DNA of 64,000 bases from Eledone cirrhosa (Eukaryota). The stretch covers positions 160,022,001 through 160,086,000 of the forward strand of contig OZ024740.1 in the NCBI GenBank assembly GCA_964016885.1, given 5' to 3'. Shown here in pieces: positions 13,255 through 26,765 of the stretch. The notes under the pieces are model-generated. The model was not told where the DNA came from, ran no database searches, and was given only the letters and a program-made list of their open reading frames with translations. A program made the translations under genes and the position numbers. Each line of letters begins with the position of its first letter. Position 1 is the first letter of the stretch.

Positions 13255-13899
13255 TCTATATATATATAAAACTGAGGATGTCTGTCTGTGTGTGTCTGTG
13301 AGTTTTAATCCCTAAAACTGGAGAAGTACCCAACGGACATTTTTCGAACTTTACATGTGTATCACTTATGTTTCAGGGAGTGTTATGCACAGAAATTCAA
13401 CTTTTTTATCCCTAGGGCTCGCATTAGGTGAAAAACTGCGTTTTTTCAGCTTTTTAGTTTTTTTTTAGGTGTTACGTCAGACCTATTTCCTTGAAATTGT
13501 AACTATGTATTAGTCAGTCTCTTCTTCATACCGTAAGCAAAGAAAATCGAACTTTTTTATGGCCTAAGGCCCGCATTAGGTGAAAAATTTCATTTTAAAA
13601 ACTTTTTAGGGCTTTTTCGAAGCCTTACATCTAGCCGATTTTCCCGAAATTTCAAGGCATATTATGCACATAAAAAAATTCATTTTCTTGATCCCCTACG
13701 GGCCCGCATTAGGTTAAAACCTGCATTTTTCCTGCTTCGTCGAGGAAAATCTTAAAGATTATCCAGACATCAGACATCAGAGTATTCGGTTTATTTTCTT
13801 TACATATTGTCCAAGCATGCAGTTTTTCCACGATTAGGTCTGTTGGTGGCTCGCGTTCCCAAATACATTATCCTGTGCAACACTAGGTACCACTGCTAG
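13255..13899 (+). mobile_element. Non-autonomous Helitron
   Basis: A|TCTATATATATATAAAACTGAGGATGTCTGTCTGT 5' end; internal repeats (gcattaggtgaaaa three times); degenerate subterminal hairpin cctgtgcaacactagg; ends CTAG|T with no TSD. Confidence 0.8.
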
Positions 13900-13908
13900 T
13901 ATAATATA

Positions 13909-14086
13909 TGGGCGGTGAATTGGCAGTATCGGTAGAGAGTCGGACACCATGCTTCTCAGCATACACTCTGAGTTCAAATCCCACCGAGGTTAACTTTACC
14001 TTTCATCCTTACAGAGTCGATAAGATAAAGTACCAGTAATGCACTGGGATAATTGTTGGCCTTGTGCTAAAAGTAGAAACAATTAT
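13909..14086 (+). mobile_element. Nin/Deu-type tRNA SINE, near full length
   Basis: A-box-like tggcagtatcgg, B-box gagttcaaatcc, core cctttcatccttacagagtcgataa, 3' gtagaaacaatt. An inverted partial copy lies at 14311-14375. Confidence 0.8.
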
Positions 14087-14664
14087 ATAATATTATATAT
14101 AATATTATATATAATATTATATATAATATTATATATAATATTATATATAATATATATGTATATATATATATATATATAATATTATATATATATATAATAT
14201 TATATATATATATATATAATATTATATATATATAATATTATATATATATATAATATTATATAATATATTATATATTATATAATATTATATAATATTATAC
14301 AATATATATATAATTGTTTCTACTTTAGGCACAAGGCCAGCAATTACCCCAGTGCATTACTGGTACTTTATTTTAAAACTACAATATACACACTACACTG
14401 GCTTAGTTCTGATCTAGCTGCCAGAACAGCTGGAGCTCAGCTGTCGGGGGTCCTGACTCTTTTCCTATTTCACACTCTTAAGGTATTATGTATTGAGTAC
14501 TCTGGTGTGTTATGGTCCAACTGGTATCTTATTGCACTATATATATATATAAACATACATATATATGAATATATATATCATTATATCATATTCATCATCA
14601 TCATCATTTAACATCTATCTTCCACGCTAGCATGGGTTTATGAAATATATATATTACTATGTAT

Positions 14665-15035
14665 ATCATCAACATCATCATCATCAACGTTTAACGTCCG
14701 TGTTCCACGCTTGCATGGGTTTGGACGGGGGTAGTCCCACTTGAGGCAAGAGTGATTGTCTTGCTCGCATAGGACTGTCTGGCAGGTTTTCTACAGTTGG
14801 ATGCCCTTCCTAACACCAACCACATTTACAGTGTGGGTCTGGGAGGTTTTTACCATGTTGCCTACACGGCCACATTACAGCGTGGACTGTGTGTTTTTTT
14901 GTCGTGACACCTACACGATCTCATTTGTTTCGGCCTGGATGGCGCGGCACCAACATAACTTTACATAGAACGGGGTGGTGTGGATGGGGTGGGGGTGGTG
15001 GTGGTGGGACGGGGTGTATTTTGTTAGAGATGCCT
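14665..15035 (-). mobile_element. RTE 3' UTR, second subfamily
   Basis: Same subfamily as 31528-31950(-) and 63237-63478(+): gcctacacggccacattacagcgtggactg; (GAT)n tail. Confidence 0.8.
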
Positions 15036-15107
15036 ATATATATATATATATATATAGTAATAATAATAATTATTATTATTATTTTAATAAATATATATAT
15101 ATATATA

Positions 15108-15290
15108 TAATTGTTTCTACATTTGGCACAAGGCCAGCAATTACCCAGTACATTACTAGTACTTTATTTTATCAATCCCGTAAGGATGAAAGGCAAAGTT
15201 AACCTCGGCGGGATTTGAACTCAACCCGTAAAGGGACGTAACTATGCTAGAAAGCATGGCGTCCAACCCTCTACTGATACTGCCAAATCA
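15108..15290 (-). mobile_element. Nin/Deu-type tRNA SINE
   Basis: Reverse complement of the family consensus; uninterrupted relative of the 12041-12242 copy. Confidence 0.82.
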
Positions 15291-15439
15291 ATATATAATA
15301 TAATATATATGTATATATAATATGATTTATATATATATATAGTGTGTGTGTGCGTATATACACATATATTTATATGTATATACATATATATATATATATA
15401 TATAATATAAGATCAAAAGATGGTTAAAGGAGTTCAATA

Positions 15440-15510
15440 TATTTTATTATACGCATTTCAAAAACAAACATCATCAAATAATAATATTTGTGTTTTCATC
15501 AGATAAAATA
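15440..15510 (-). ncRNA. Minimal hammerhead (HHR-A', inverted relative of HHR-A)
   Basis: Minus strand: TATTTTAT|CTGATGA|aaacacaaatatta...tgatgtttgttttt|GAAA|T-GCGT-A|TA|ATAAAATA. Flanks (about 15405-15575) are homologous to about 4925-5090. Confidence 0.82.
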
Positions 15511-15689
15511 GGAGAACATGATATGAAGGCTAAAAAAACACTTGTTGATAGTGCAGTTTTAAATCAACATATCATATTATTATATATTATATTATTATAT
15601 TATTATGCATACTCCAGTCCCACAAACTGTAGAGTGCTTCTTATCCGATATCTGCATTGCTTTATTGTACTACAATAAAACTCACCTCC

Positions 15690-15762
<73 letters not shown>

Positions 15763-15862
15763 GATGTAAGCTATTTGACTGACAACTAATCAGCTAAAAG
15801 CTTTTCAATTTTATTTCCTGTCATTACCACAGCATCAGGTCTGTAGCGATGATATTTATCTC

Positions 15863-16090
15863 TTAACCCTTTTGATACCAAACTACCTAAAACTGCCCCG
15901 ATTCTGTGATCAAAACTGTCTGATTTAAAGGTTTATTATTTATGTAAAAGCCTTTCATCATATATTTATGGAAACATCTTGTTAAGATATGATTCTAACA
16001 TCAGCTTAATAAGAAGAATCTTATATTACTAAATCCCTCCAAATTTTGATGATTTTCAAAATGATTTAAAATGATTAGGTATTATCTTTC
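15863..16090 (+). mobile_element. piggyBac-like MITE, degenerate
   Basis: Begins TTAACCCTTTTGATACC; homologous to 40452-40679, which retains both TTAA ends. Confidence 0.55.
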
Positions 16091-16551
16091 CTTAGAAATA
16101 TGGCAATGGTGCAATATATAGCTGGGTCAATTTAGCTCTTTTAGCTAGGAATAATGTGAAGCATAACATATTGCTAAAAATAGTGGCAACCAAATGTCTA
16201 AAATCACGCAAAATTTTTTTTAAATTCAAATGGAAGGACTCAAATGGCAGTTTTAAGATTCATTGTTTCTGAACATAAAGTAGAGTTAGTCATGTATAGA
16301 AAGATTTTTTGTTATAGATTTGCATGCTAAGAGCAGATGTGGGGCTAACAATATTAACAATACATAGAGGAAATGCTATTTCATTGTCTTTCTATGTTCA
16401 GTACTATGTTCAGTTGTTAATTTAGGGAAAGTTCCCTCCCTTATACTTGTTTTATTCAAGGAGAGATCTGGCTCTCATTTTCCTAAAGTGATGGAAACTG
16501 GATTGAGCCATTTAGATATTGGTATCGTTGGTATTGCTATTATATTGCCCT

Positions 16552-16742
16552 AGGGCAATGGATTGGCAGTATCGATAGAGCAACTGATGTCATGTTTTGC
16601 AGCATATAATTAGGTCCCTTTACTTTCTGACTTTAAATTCCACTTTGTCTTTCATCCTTACAGGGTCATTAAAATAAAATACCAGTAACACACTGGGTCA
16701 ATTTAATCGATTTTCCTCTCCACCCAAATTGTTGGCCTTGTG
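16552..16742 (+). mobile_element. Nin/Deu-type SINE (diverged)
   Basis: ttggcagtatcgatagag...ctttcatccttacagggtc...ggccttgtg. Further copies at about 19490-19690(-), 45910-46040(-), 46360-46500(-), 47135-47350(+) and 57950-58175(+). Confidence 0.75.
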
Positions 16743-16899
16743 AATCACAAAGCATTATTTTGCCCTTGGTCAGTCTTGATTAAATAGAACTGTTAAACTC
16801 ATGAGTGTGGCTGCATCATATGCAGATACACACACATATGCATACACACAAACAAACGGACACACATATATAATTAAAATTATGTGTGTGTGTGTTTAT

Positions 16900-17185
16900 T
16901 GCGATATACGGTAATACAGAAGACCTGACTTCCCATGAGCATAAGCTGAAGCATATGTACAGTATGCCCTGATAAAGTGGACATGTAAAAGACACGGCAA
17001 AAAGCAGCCAGCCCACACTGTAAATGGGTGGTATTAGGAAGGGCATTCAGCCATAGAAAACCAGCTAGAAACACCCCTATTTGAGCAAGACATGGTCACT
17101 CGGCACAACTTGCCTTAAAATAGGACCTGTCTAACCCATGCTAGCATGGAAGATGGACGTTAATCAATGATGATGATGATGATGA
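16900..17185 (+). mobile_element. RTE 3' UTR fragment
   Basis: attaggaagggcattcagccatagaaa...aacccatgctagcatggaagatggacgtt...(GAT)n. Confidence 0.8.
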
Positions 17186-17929
17186 ATCCCATTGGAGAGC
17201 CCATCTACTTCAACTTGATTTTTCATGAGCACCTTAAACTTGAAATAGTTGGGCTTTCCATTGGAATTATATGTATATATACATACACAAGTTCACACAC
17301 ATATATACAGGTGGTAGTGCTTGTGCTCCAACGAAAAGCACCCAATCCATTCTGAAGGCAATAGTCCTGGTGCCATGTCAAAATGCACATAGTTCACCTT
17401 GTAAAGTGGTAGGGTTGATGCCCTGATAGAAAAAAATCCACCAGTCCACTCTGTCATAATAAAATGTTCCCACTACACACTGTAAAGTGGTTGGCATTAG
17501 GAAGGACATCCATAGAAATCAAGAAAAAACAAAGCAATGCACAAGCAAGTTGCAGTGATATAACCTGTCCTGCCTCGGTATGTGACAAACTGTTTAGTCC
17601 ATACCTACATTTATACAAACCACATATATACTGTCTTATAGATAGCATATTTGTCTTGTTACATACATGTATCTTGTACAAGGAGAGGTATTTTTTCTCT
17701 TTTCACTCTTGCCTTTATTTCTTAAATATATAAGACATTAGATACTTTTTACCTTCTGACATGGTTTACTAGCATACTCAGATGTTTAAATTGATTAAAT
17801 ATTTAACAGAGAGAAAAGAAACACACACATGCACCAACATATATATATATAGAGAGAGAAAGAGAGAGTGGTAGAAGCATTAATGGTGTGTGTGTGAATG
17901 TATACATTCATTGGTAAATATACATACAA

Positions 17930-17988
<59 letters not shown>

Positions 17989-18242
17989 CATATATATATA
18001 TATGTATATCCTGGTTTTCCTGATTTTACATTCATGTTCCCATTCTGACATAGGTTGATATAAAAATATTGATAAAAAAAGTGGGCTTCTGTTTTTTACA
18101 ACTGCACATGCATGACCAGAAGCTTCCTGGCCTCAGACATTTCTATTTATATATATATATATATATATATTATCATCATCCTCATAATTTAATATATATT
18201 TATATACATATATACATAAAAAGTAGAAATTCTTTTTATATA

Positions 18243-18287
<45 letters not shown>

Positions 18288-19799
18288 GATGATGATGATG
18301 ATATATATATATATATGTATAAACACACATACACACTAAGTTGCACATTGTGCAATATTTGAAAGATGCATACTAGAATTCTGCAAACTAATAACTTTGA
18401 TCTTTTTACCATATTCTCATATTCTTAACACGAGCTTTTACTAAGTTTTGGCATTTCTCCAGCTGCTTTTGGATTGAAACAGCAAAAGCCATTAGCTGTT
18501 GTGAACATCTTAAGGGCTTAAAGTATATATTTCTGCTGTTTAGTGTAGGATCAAGGCAGCAAAAACCGTATTTCTGTTTTAAAACATTTTGTTATTCTTC
18601 ATAAAAAGTAACTGTTTTTTTATCCTCCTTTCTAATCAGTACTTCGATCACTTTTCTTTCTATGTTAGAATTTTACTTCATATGTTTGTGAGTGTGTGTG
18701 TTTGGACCTCTGTCAATTCTGATGATGAGTGTTCTAGTTGTTTGATGAATGGAACAGCGTTGGGTGAAGAAGTGTCAGTAGTTCATATTGAAGAAAACTG
18801 CAGTAGTGAAAAACAAGATCTGGGCAAAATTGATGGGAGCAGATTTCAAAGTGCTGAATCTCAGAGAGGAGATGACAAAAGAATGTAATGAGTGGATGGA
18901 GACTGTGCTGGTAAAGAAATGTCCAACACATACAAGCACAGAAAGGAGGACATAAAAGGATGATGTTGATGATAATAACCCCTTGATGAAATTAATTTGA
19001 AAGTGGCAGAGCATTCTATAGACACATGTATCCTTAATAGAGTTCTCAGTGAGATTCATCATTTTTTTACAACACTACAACAAAGCTTACTCTTTGAATT
19101 ACAGGTACAGCTCATTTTTCCCAGATGAATGGATTGCAACATGAAATAAAGTTCTTTTGCTCAAAGGCACAATACACTGCTGTGAATCAAACACATGACC
19201 TTATGATCAGAAGCTAAACACTCTAACCACTAAGCTGTGTTCCATAACACTTGAAACTAACAATAACATCAAGCTTATCTTAAAGAAGAAACAAAAGTAT
19301 AGCTAAAATAATTATAAAATATGATGGAGTAACCAGGAGACAAGTTCATGAGCAACAGAAAACACAGGCAAAAAGTCATTGATAAGGTCACAGAATAAAT
19401 AATGAAAGACCTTTGACAGTTAGGCAAATAGCTGATTGGTCATATAACCAACTGGTGGATGGATTAGTTAACTGATCAATAATGATTTCTTATTAAGGCA
19501 CAAGGCCATCAATTTATGAGGAAGAGAAAGTTAATTATATCAACACCAGTACTTAACTGGTACTTTATTTTAAAGACCCCCACCCACCCAATAGTATTAA
19601 AGGCAAAGTTGACATCAAGGGTATTTGAAGTCAGATTAAAGAAGGTCATAACTAAATGCCACAAAGTATTTTGTCTGATGCTCTGCTGGTTCACTTCCCT
19701 TGTTACCTACTTAATAATCAAAGATAGATACTGAATTGAAACTTGACTAGCATGCCTGTTTTTATTGGCAGCATGACCCTCTCAAATTATAAACTATAT

Positions 19800-20170
19800 G
19801 TCTCTTTTGCTTTTCTTGAGTCATCTGATGCCTTGTGGTAGTGGTGAAGCATTGACAAAGTTCAAGCTCCGGGGTCCTTAGTTGACCATTGTAGCCTGCA
19901 GATCTGCTCTCATAAGGCCTGTGTCCATCTTGATTGATTTCATCTCTTTGCATCTCAAGTCCAGATGGGCAATCTTCCAGTGGGTTCATCATGGTGAGTG
20001 ACATGGCTGGCAAGAGCCAGATGATGACATCTCACATCAGTGATGTAAGATAGGGTTCCATACAGACTTGTTTGTTACATGATATCTCAAGATGTTGCAT
20101 TCAGGTGTCAAGATTGCTCAGTTGTGGAAGTTGGTCATCCACAAGAACACAAAAATAAAGGTGCTTTTGG
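19800..20170 (-). mobile_element. Old RTE/RTE-X LINE 3' fragment
   Basis: Minus strand reads SLYGTLSYITDVRCHHLALASHVTHHDEPTGRLPIW, similar to the LYG.IP...RLRLAGH..RH...LLW motif at 27610-27905. Confidence 0.5.
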
Positions 20171-22024
20171 CCTGTACAAAAACTATCCTTCTGTACATTT
20201 CAGAGCCATGGAACTATATGTAATTCTAATCTATTTCACTTGTTTCAGTTATTAGACTGCAGCCATGCTCTAAGTGATTTTCATCAATCATATCAACCCA
20301 AGTACTATTATTTTTTCTTGTTTGGCACCTAGTTTACCAATTTCGGTTTTTTAACCTCTAACTTATGGAGTATAAATTAAATGTAAATATAATTCCAAAT
20401 GCACATACACAGATAGAAAAATATGGAATGCTTGTAATGTTTTTATTTCAAATTTGTTTTCTGTGATTTTATAAACTTTACATATACTGTTTACAGACAC
20501 ATATGCCCTTATTTTAATTCTCAGGGAGATGCAGTATGACACTGTGTGTGACAAGGCTTGCTCTTAGAATTAGAGATATAGTCAATCTAACAGGCTTCCT
20601 CACAGTTTCCATCAAACCAATTTCACTTACAAAGTGCAGGTCAATCTGAGGTTTCAGTAAATGACACTGGCCCAAGATACCACAAAGTGGAATCAAGCCT
20701 ATGGGTCAATGATTGCAAAGTTCTTAACCATTTGGCCACACTGAATCCATTTTGGAATTAACAATTATTTTTCAATAGAAAATGGAGTATGATGGTGGTA
20801 GCTGGTCTTTTTTGCAGATATTTCAGGAACAGAGGTTGTGGATAGTGATATACACAGACTGGTATTTTTAGCTAAAGACTTAAACAATATTAAAAAAGTA
20901 TTTTTCCAAAGAAAAGTATAAGAGTATAAGAGTTTTTTGAAAGTTTAAAAAATCGAATTGTACTTTTCTGATGTCATTCTTTAAGCTTAAATGTATAAAG
21001 ATTCTATTACGTATTTACTATATCATCATCATCGTTATCAGTTATTACTTATTTATTTTCTTTTAAATAATTGAACGAATACAAATCAACTTTCTTTAAT
21101 GGGAATGTTAATTAATTAAATTTCCTTTTGTATTTTTATAACAATTAAAAGTTTCCGATATTTAATTTGTTTTCTAATTTTTAAACAGATTGAACTTGTA
21201 TAAAAATTCAATTTTTATATATATTTTTTCTTTTCATTTTCTTGTTTTCTGACTTTCAATTTGAACAATTAAAAAAATGATATTCACATTAGCTCTACAT
21301 TTTACATTATTTCCATAATATATTTCTTTTTGGTTTATTTTATTCTGCTTTTTGTCCTTTGTTAGGAAATGTTTCACAAATTAAGTTGAAAAACTACTAT
21401 AATGATGTTTTCATGTAATAATGATTAAATTTTTCAGAAGACAGAACATGTTTGTTGTTGTTTAGATTGAAAAGGACTGATTTTTTTCTACTGTTTAGAC
21501 AGGGAAGGAAGATCAGTGCCCAGGACAATTTTTAAGGTTCCTTGGTCTGGTGGGAGATAGGGAAAGAGGAAAGTACATTATACAATGTATCTTTTTCTTT
21601 ATTTAAGACTAGCATAAATACAGCCCTTTTAGGCAGTTTTCTGCTCATGCCAGTACTTAATTTAATACAATGTCATTTATTCTCTATAAAATGCTGACCA
21701 CTCCCCCATTGTAACTAAGCAAAGATAGAATATGAACTAATAATAAGTAGAGTCATGATTGAAACAGCCAAGCACAGCAGCCTTGATGATATTTGAATCT
21801 GTATAAATTTCCGAGTAAAACAACATTTTATTTCATAGCCTCTATTGTAGAAGCATGCACTGTAGCACATTGCTCATAATTAAAAGGTCAATGTCTTTGT
21901 AGGGAGAGAGTGATATGCACTTGCAATGGCATATTTGATTCTACCATTCATTTATTTTAATACTCAGGTACAATACTAACATTTGCTAAAGCCTGAAAGC
22001 CAGGCAGACACATGCACAAGAATT

Positions 22025-22380
22025 TGATGGCAGTATTGGTAGGGCGTAGGACAGCATGCTTTGCAGTATAGAGTTACAACCCTTTACGTTCTGAATTCAA
22101 ATCTCACTGAGGTTAGCTTTGCCTTTCATCCTTACTGGGTCGATAAATAAAGCCCCAATAATGCACTGGGGGCAATTTAATCGAATTTCCCCTAGCCTTC
22201 AAATTGCTGGTCTTGTGCCTAAAGTAGAAACAATTATAAGAGAGATACTTTGGAACATTTGCCTTTCATCCTTACTGGGTCGATAAAATAAAGTACAAGT
22301 ATGATACTGGGGTTGGTTTCATCGACTTTCCCTTCCCGTAAAATTGCTGGCATTGTGCCTAAATCAGAAACTATTATTAT
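22025..22380 (+). mobile_element. Nin/Deu SINE with tandem repeated 3' half
   Basis: Full copy 22025-22237, then a second tttgcctttcatccttactgggtcgataaa...gtgcctaaatcagaaac at 22258-22380. Confidence 0.8.
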
Positions 22381-22669
22381 AGATTTACAGCGATTTGCGG
22401 GGGATTCAATAGATATTTCTAACAGATTGTTAAATTAAATACAGACCTCTTTATTAGCTCATAACCAATCCTATGTTGAATCCTTATTAACTATTAACAA
22501 TAACTTCCACTGAATTACTGCTGTTTCTTATCTAATATTGAACAGATCTATAAAGCACTGGTGAAAACACCTAGCATTGTGGTTTGGGTGTTTGATTGAT
22601 GATTGTAAAATTTATTCTTGGAGCTGGCATTTTTTTAAGGGGGGGGGGGGGTGCTGTTTAGTAATAGAG

Positions 22670-22930
22670 GAAAGTGTGGTGTCCATGTGCTTTCACAGGA
22701 TTTTCAAAACTGGTACAGATTTTATGGTCAAATCGAACCAGCAGGAGAGCTAGGGGTAGATCCCAAGCATTATGGTTGGATAACATCTATGAGCTTGGCT
22801 GGTTTCATTTGGGGATCTAGCCAGATCAGTTAGAGATAGCTGTTTCTGACAGGACACACTGAAAGGAGAGTTTGAGGACTCTGCTCCCATGACTCCCTCA
22901 GGAATAAATTGGCGAAGAAGAAGGCTGAAA
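22670..22930 (+). mobile_element. Rex3/Expander-like RTE 3' end
   Basis: Homologous to 35780-36140(-): ggttggataacatctatgagcttggctgg...tcaggaataa...gaagaagaa. Confidence 0.6.
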
Positions 22931-23777
22931 GATAAGAGGAAGCTATCCTCGAACTGGAATCCTGGCCAGAATTCTTGCTATAGCATGGATATTGCTAAAA
23001 ACAGCCAAGTGTCAGGTGTTAAACTTCCCTCCTTCATTAAACCATAAAATATAAAAATATCCACTCCAGTAGTCAGTTGCACAACATTCTGAAGCTCCTC
23101 TCCCACCATTTCCTCTCAATCATTCTTGCACTTGAATGAGAGATTGAGCAATCTCCATACATAATTGGCAGTGAAACTCAGCTAAATACACGTACACATA
23201 TATATGTACATGTATGTATGTATGTATGTGTATATATATATATATAAATATATATATGTTTGAATATTAATGAACAGATGTTTACAATAATGAAAGTATT
23301 TAAAAAATTTAATAACAAACAGGGAAAGGTTTCAAAAAGGTGTTAGGATTAAATAAAATATTAAAAAAGTAACAAAAGCAAAAGGAAATTGACTGAGTAT
23401 CAGCAAAGTTCACCAATGAGAAAATTTCCACTGTTAAACAATTTTCTCATTACTGAAAGGGGTACTAGAAGAATACTGCTTATATCAATAATTAAGTATT
23501 GATTACACCTGCAGCCTGTATTTTTGCTGATGTATGTTTCCTGAAGAAACAATAAAAACATGTAGAAAAACCCAAGGTGTCCATCCACTTGAAGGAACAA
23601 TCATATTGAAATTCAAAGAGATACCTAAAATGAACATAATACCATGTAATACAATTTAAATTGTCTTTTAATTGTGTTGTATATATATATATTTATGCAT
23701 TCACACATACAAGCTTATATACATACACACACACACACACACACATATATATATGCTTGTGTGTGTGTGTATATATA

Positions 23778-23850
23778 CAGGGTATCCCCCAAAATGTACA
23801 TACATATTTATTAGAATGCTGTGAAAGTGTGTATACATTTTGGGGGGGAC
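23778..23850. mobile_element. ~80-bp Tc1/mariner-like MITE
   Basis: TA-CAGGGTATCCCCCAAAATGTACATACA...TGTGTATACATTTTGGGGGGGAC inverted repeat; second copy at 26840-26920. Confidence 0.65.
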
Positions 23851-24203
23851 ATGGCAAAAAACACCCTGTCCACACTGTATATGTGGCTGGTGTTAGGAAA
23901 GGCATCCAGCCATAGAGAACCTACCAGATTCAATTCTGTACGAGTGAGATACGGTCACCTGACCAATCTTGCCTCGAGTGGGACAAAGCTGCCTAATCCA
24001 TGCTAGCGTGGAAGATGGACTTTAAATGATGATGATAATGATGATGATGATGATATATATATATATATATATGTCATCGTTTTTATGTCCACTTTCCTTT
24101 CCATGCTTGCATGGATATATGTGCATATGTATGTATACACTAACACACACGCACAAAGATATATATATATATATCGATTGTACTAACCTTCCACTTGTGT
24201 GTA

Positions 24204-24255
<52 letters not shown>

Positions 24256-24550
24256 AGAGTGGTGAAGTGAAAGTGCTAAAGAATGTGAGAAGAAGAGAGA
24301 ATAGTGCGGAGACAGTATTTATATAGAAGTAGGAGTAACAAAAAGAAAAGCCAGAACAGATTTGAACAAGAAAATAAAAATGAAAATTCCTTCAGAAGCA
24401 AGTGAAAGTAAAATTGAATGAAGTGGAAAAGAAAATCGTTCTGAGAATTGAAAAGAAAAAATACATGAAGAAATTAAGGGAATGAAATAGAGATGGAATA
24501 GTAAAAAAATATCTAATATAATGTAATATATATTATATATATATATATAT

Positions 24551-26765
24551 ATCATCATCATCACCGTTTTACGTCCGTTCTTCCATGCTAGAATGGGTTA
24601 AACGGGTTGTCCTGTTGTGGGCAGTGTCTGGTCGGCTGACCATGCCTTGCTCATGCAGGAACTGATTTTGGCTTGATTTCTACAGCTGGATGCCCTTCCT
24701 AACACCAACCTCATTTACAGTGAGTGCTGGGTGCTTTTTTCTGTGGCGCCTACACGTCCACTTTACAGTGTGGGCTGGGTGCTTTTTTGCTGTGGCACCT
24801 CAACGACCACCTTGCAGTGGGAGGGTGTGGGGGCATATTGTCTATATGCTTCAGCTTGTACCCATGGGAGGTCGGGTACTCTGTATTACTGCGCCAGAAG
24901 TCACGAGCGTGTGTCATCGCCTTTGAGAGGTATAATTGGGTAAGGTCAACTTTTATCACCTAATCCCAGGACTTCTTGGGTCTCCCCACTCCGCGGTTTC
25001 TATCGACTTCTAGTGCTCTGCACCTTTTTATGCAGCTGTCATCCTTCATACGCATCACATGTCCATACCAACGCAACCGCCTCTCCTGCACACAGCATTT
25101 GATTCCTCTTATGCTCAGTCTCTGTCTCAATTCATTTATGCTTTGTCGTTCGCGTATATTACTATTACACCTCCATCGGTGCATGCAGACTTCGTTTCTT
25201 TCTAATCTACGTAAGTCTTCCACCTTCAGCGCCCAGGTCTAACTACCATATAACATTGCTGTTCGTATACATGCATCATACAGTCTGCCTTTCATTTTGG
25301 TCATCAGCATACAGGAGTTCCCATGGGCATCCGGTCTTAAACTCCTCCGTTATTGCCTGCAGGACTATGATGAACAGGAGAGGGCTAAGAACAGAGCCCT
25401 GGTGGACACCAACCTGTACGCTAAATTCCTCGCTATACTCATTGCTAATCCTAACTTTGCTGACTGCTCCCCTATACATGGCTTGTACAGCTTTCACAAG
25501 ACATTCATCTACTCCTAGTTTTCTAAGAGCCCACCAGATTACAACACATGGAACTCTGTCAAAGGTTTTCTCGAGATCGACGAATGCCAGGTAGAGTGGC
25601 TTACTTTTAGCTAGGTAATTTTCCTGTAACTGCTTCACAAGGAAGAGGGCATCAGTGGTGCCTCTTTCTGGTACAAACCCAAATTGCATCTCATCGGTCC
25701 CTAATCAACTGTGCTATAACTCTTTCTGATACTTTCATGACCTGGTCCATCAGCTTTATACCTCTATAGTTTCCACTATCTAGTGCATCACCTTTACCTT
25801 TGTAGCAGTTGACAATGATGCTACTGTACCAATCTTTTGATATGACACCTTCTTGTATTACCTGGTTAACAATACGTGTGGTTATAGTGTGACCTACAGA
25901 CCCAGATGCCTTCAGCATCTCAGTAGCTATACCCGATGGACCGGTTGCCTTCCCCATCTTCATAACTTTGATTGCCTTACTTACTACGCTGCTGCTGACT
26001 TGTACTGCTGGCCCCCCTATAGGGTCTACTTGTGGTAGGGTCTCTTCTTCCCATGTATTCTCCGCATTTAGTAATCTATCATAATGGCTCTTCCATGCAT
26101 CTTTCTTCTCAGCACTTGTGAGGGCAAGCTCACCTTTATCATTCCAGATACACTTCTCTCCAATGACATCACAATTCTCTCTGACACACTGCCTCGCAAT
26201 CTTGAACACCTCCTGTTTCTGTTTCTCACGTTGCAAAACATGCTTGAATTTTCTATCCTCTGCTTCCCTCCTAGCTAAGTATACTTGTCGCCTAGCTTCC
26301 CTCTTGGTCTCTATGTAATGTACCCTTCTCCCCCCGTTCTTCCATTCCTTCCATGCCTGTCTCTTGGCCTTAACTGCCTCATCTACCTTATTGTTCCACC
26401 ACCAAGTCACTCTCCTCCTGCTTGTGGTCTTACTCCAGCCACACATCTCATCCGTCGCCTCTAGTAAGTTATTTTTTAGGAACTCCCAGTGCTCTTCTAC
26501 ATTGAATGTCTCTATCTGTTCTTCTTTACTGTCGTAGGCGTTGAGTAAAATATCTTTAAATCTGTTACTAGCTGAGGGGTCTTTCAGATTCCAGATATTT
26601 CTTCTCCAGGTTGGCCTCTGTTTCCAGGTTCGTCTAGTTCTGACCGTGAGGTCACTGACAACTAAGCTATGTTGGGAGGTACATTACTCACTAGGGTAGG
26701 CTTTTGTGTTTACGACCGTCCATCTGTCACGTCCTCTGATGAGGATAAAATCTATCTGACTAGAT
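24551..26765 (-). mobile_element. RTE LINE: APE end, linker, RT, C-terminus and 3' UTR, with internal deletion
   Basis: TWWWN, GKATGPSG, NYRGIKL, QFGFVP, FVDLEKTFDRV, GVHQGSVLSPLLF, LLYADD, RRLRWYGHV; (GAT)n tail. Confidence 0.95.

Noticed and set aside
13909-13990. tRNA genes at SINE heads
   Set aside because: A/B boxes are present, but no complete cloverleaf, and they continue into SINE bodies.
24690-24926. Recurrent 'MPFLTPTSFTVSAGCFF' small ORF family
   Set aside because: Antisense translation of the RTE 3' UTR; recurrence reflects repeat copy number and the frames diverge between copies.
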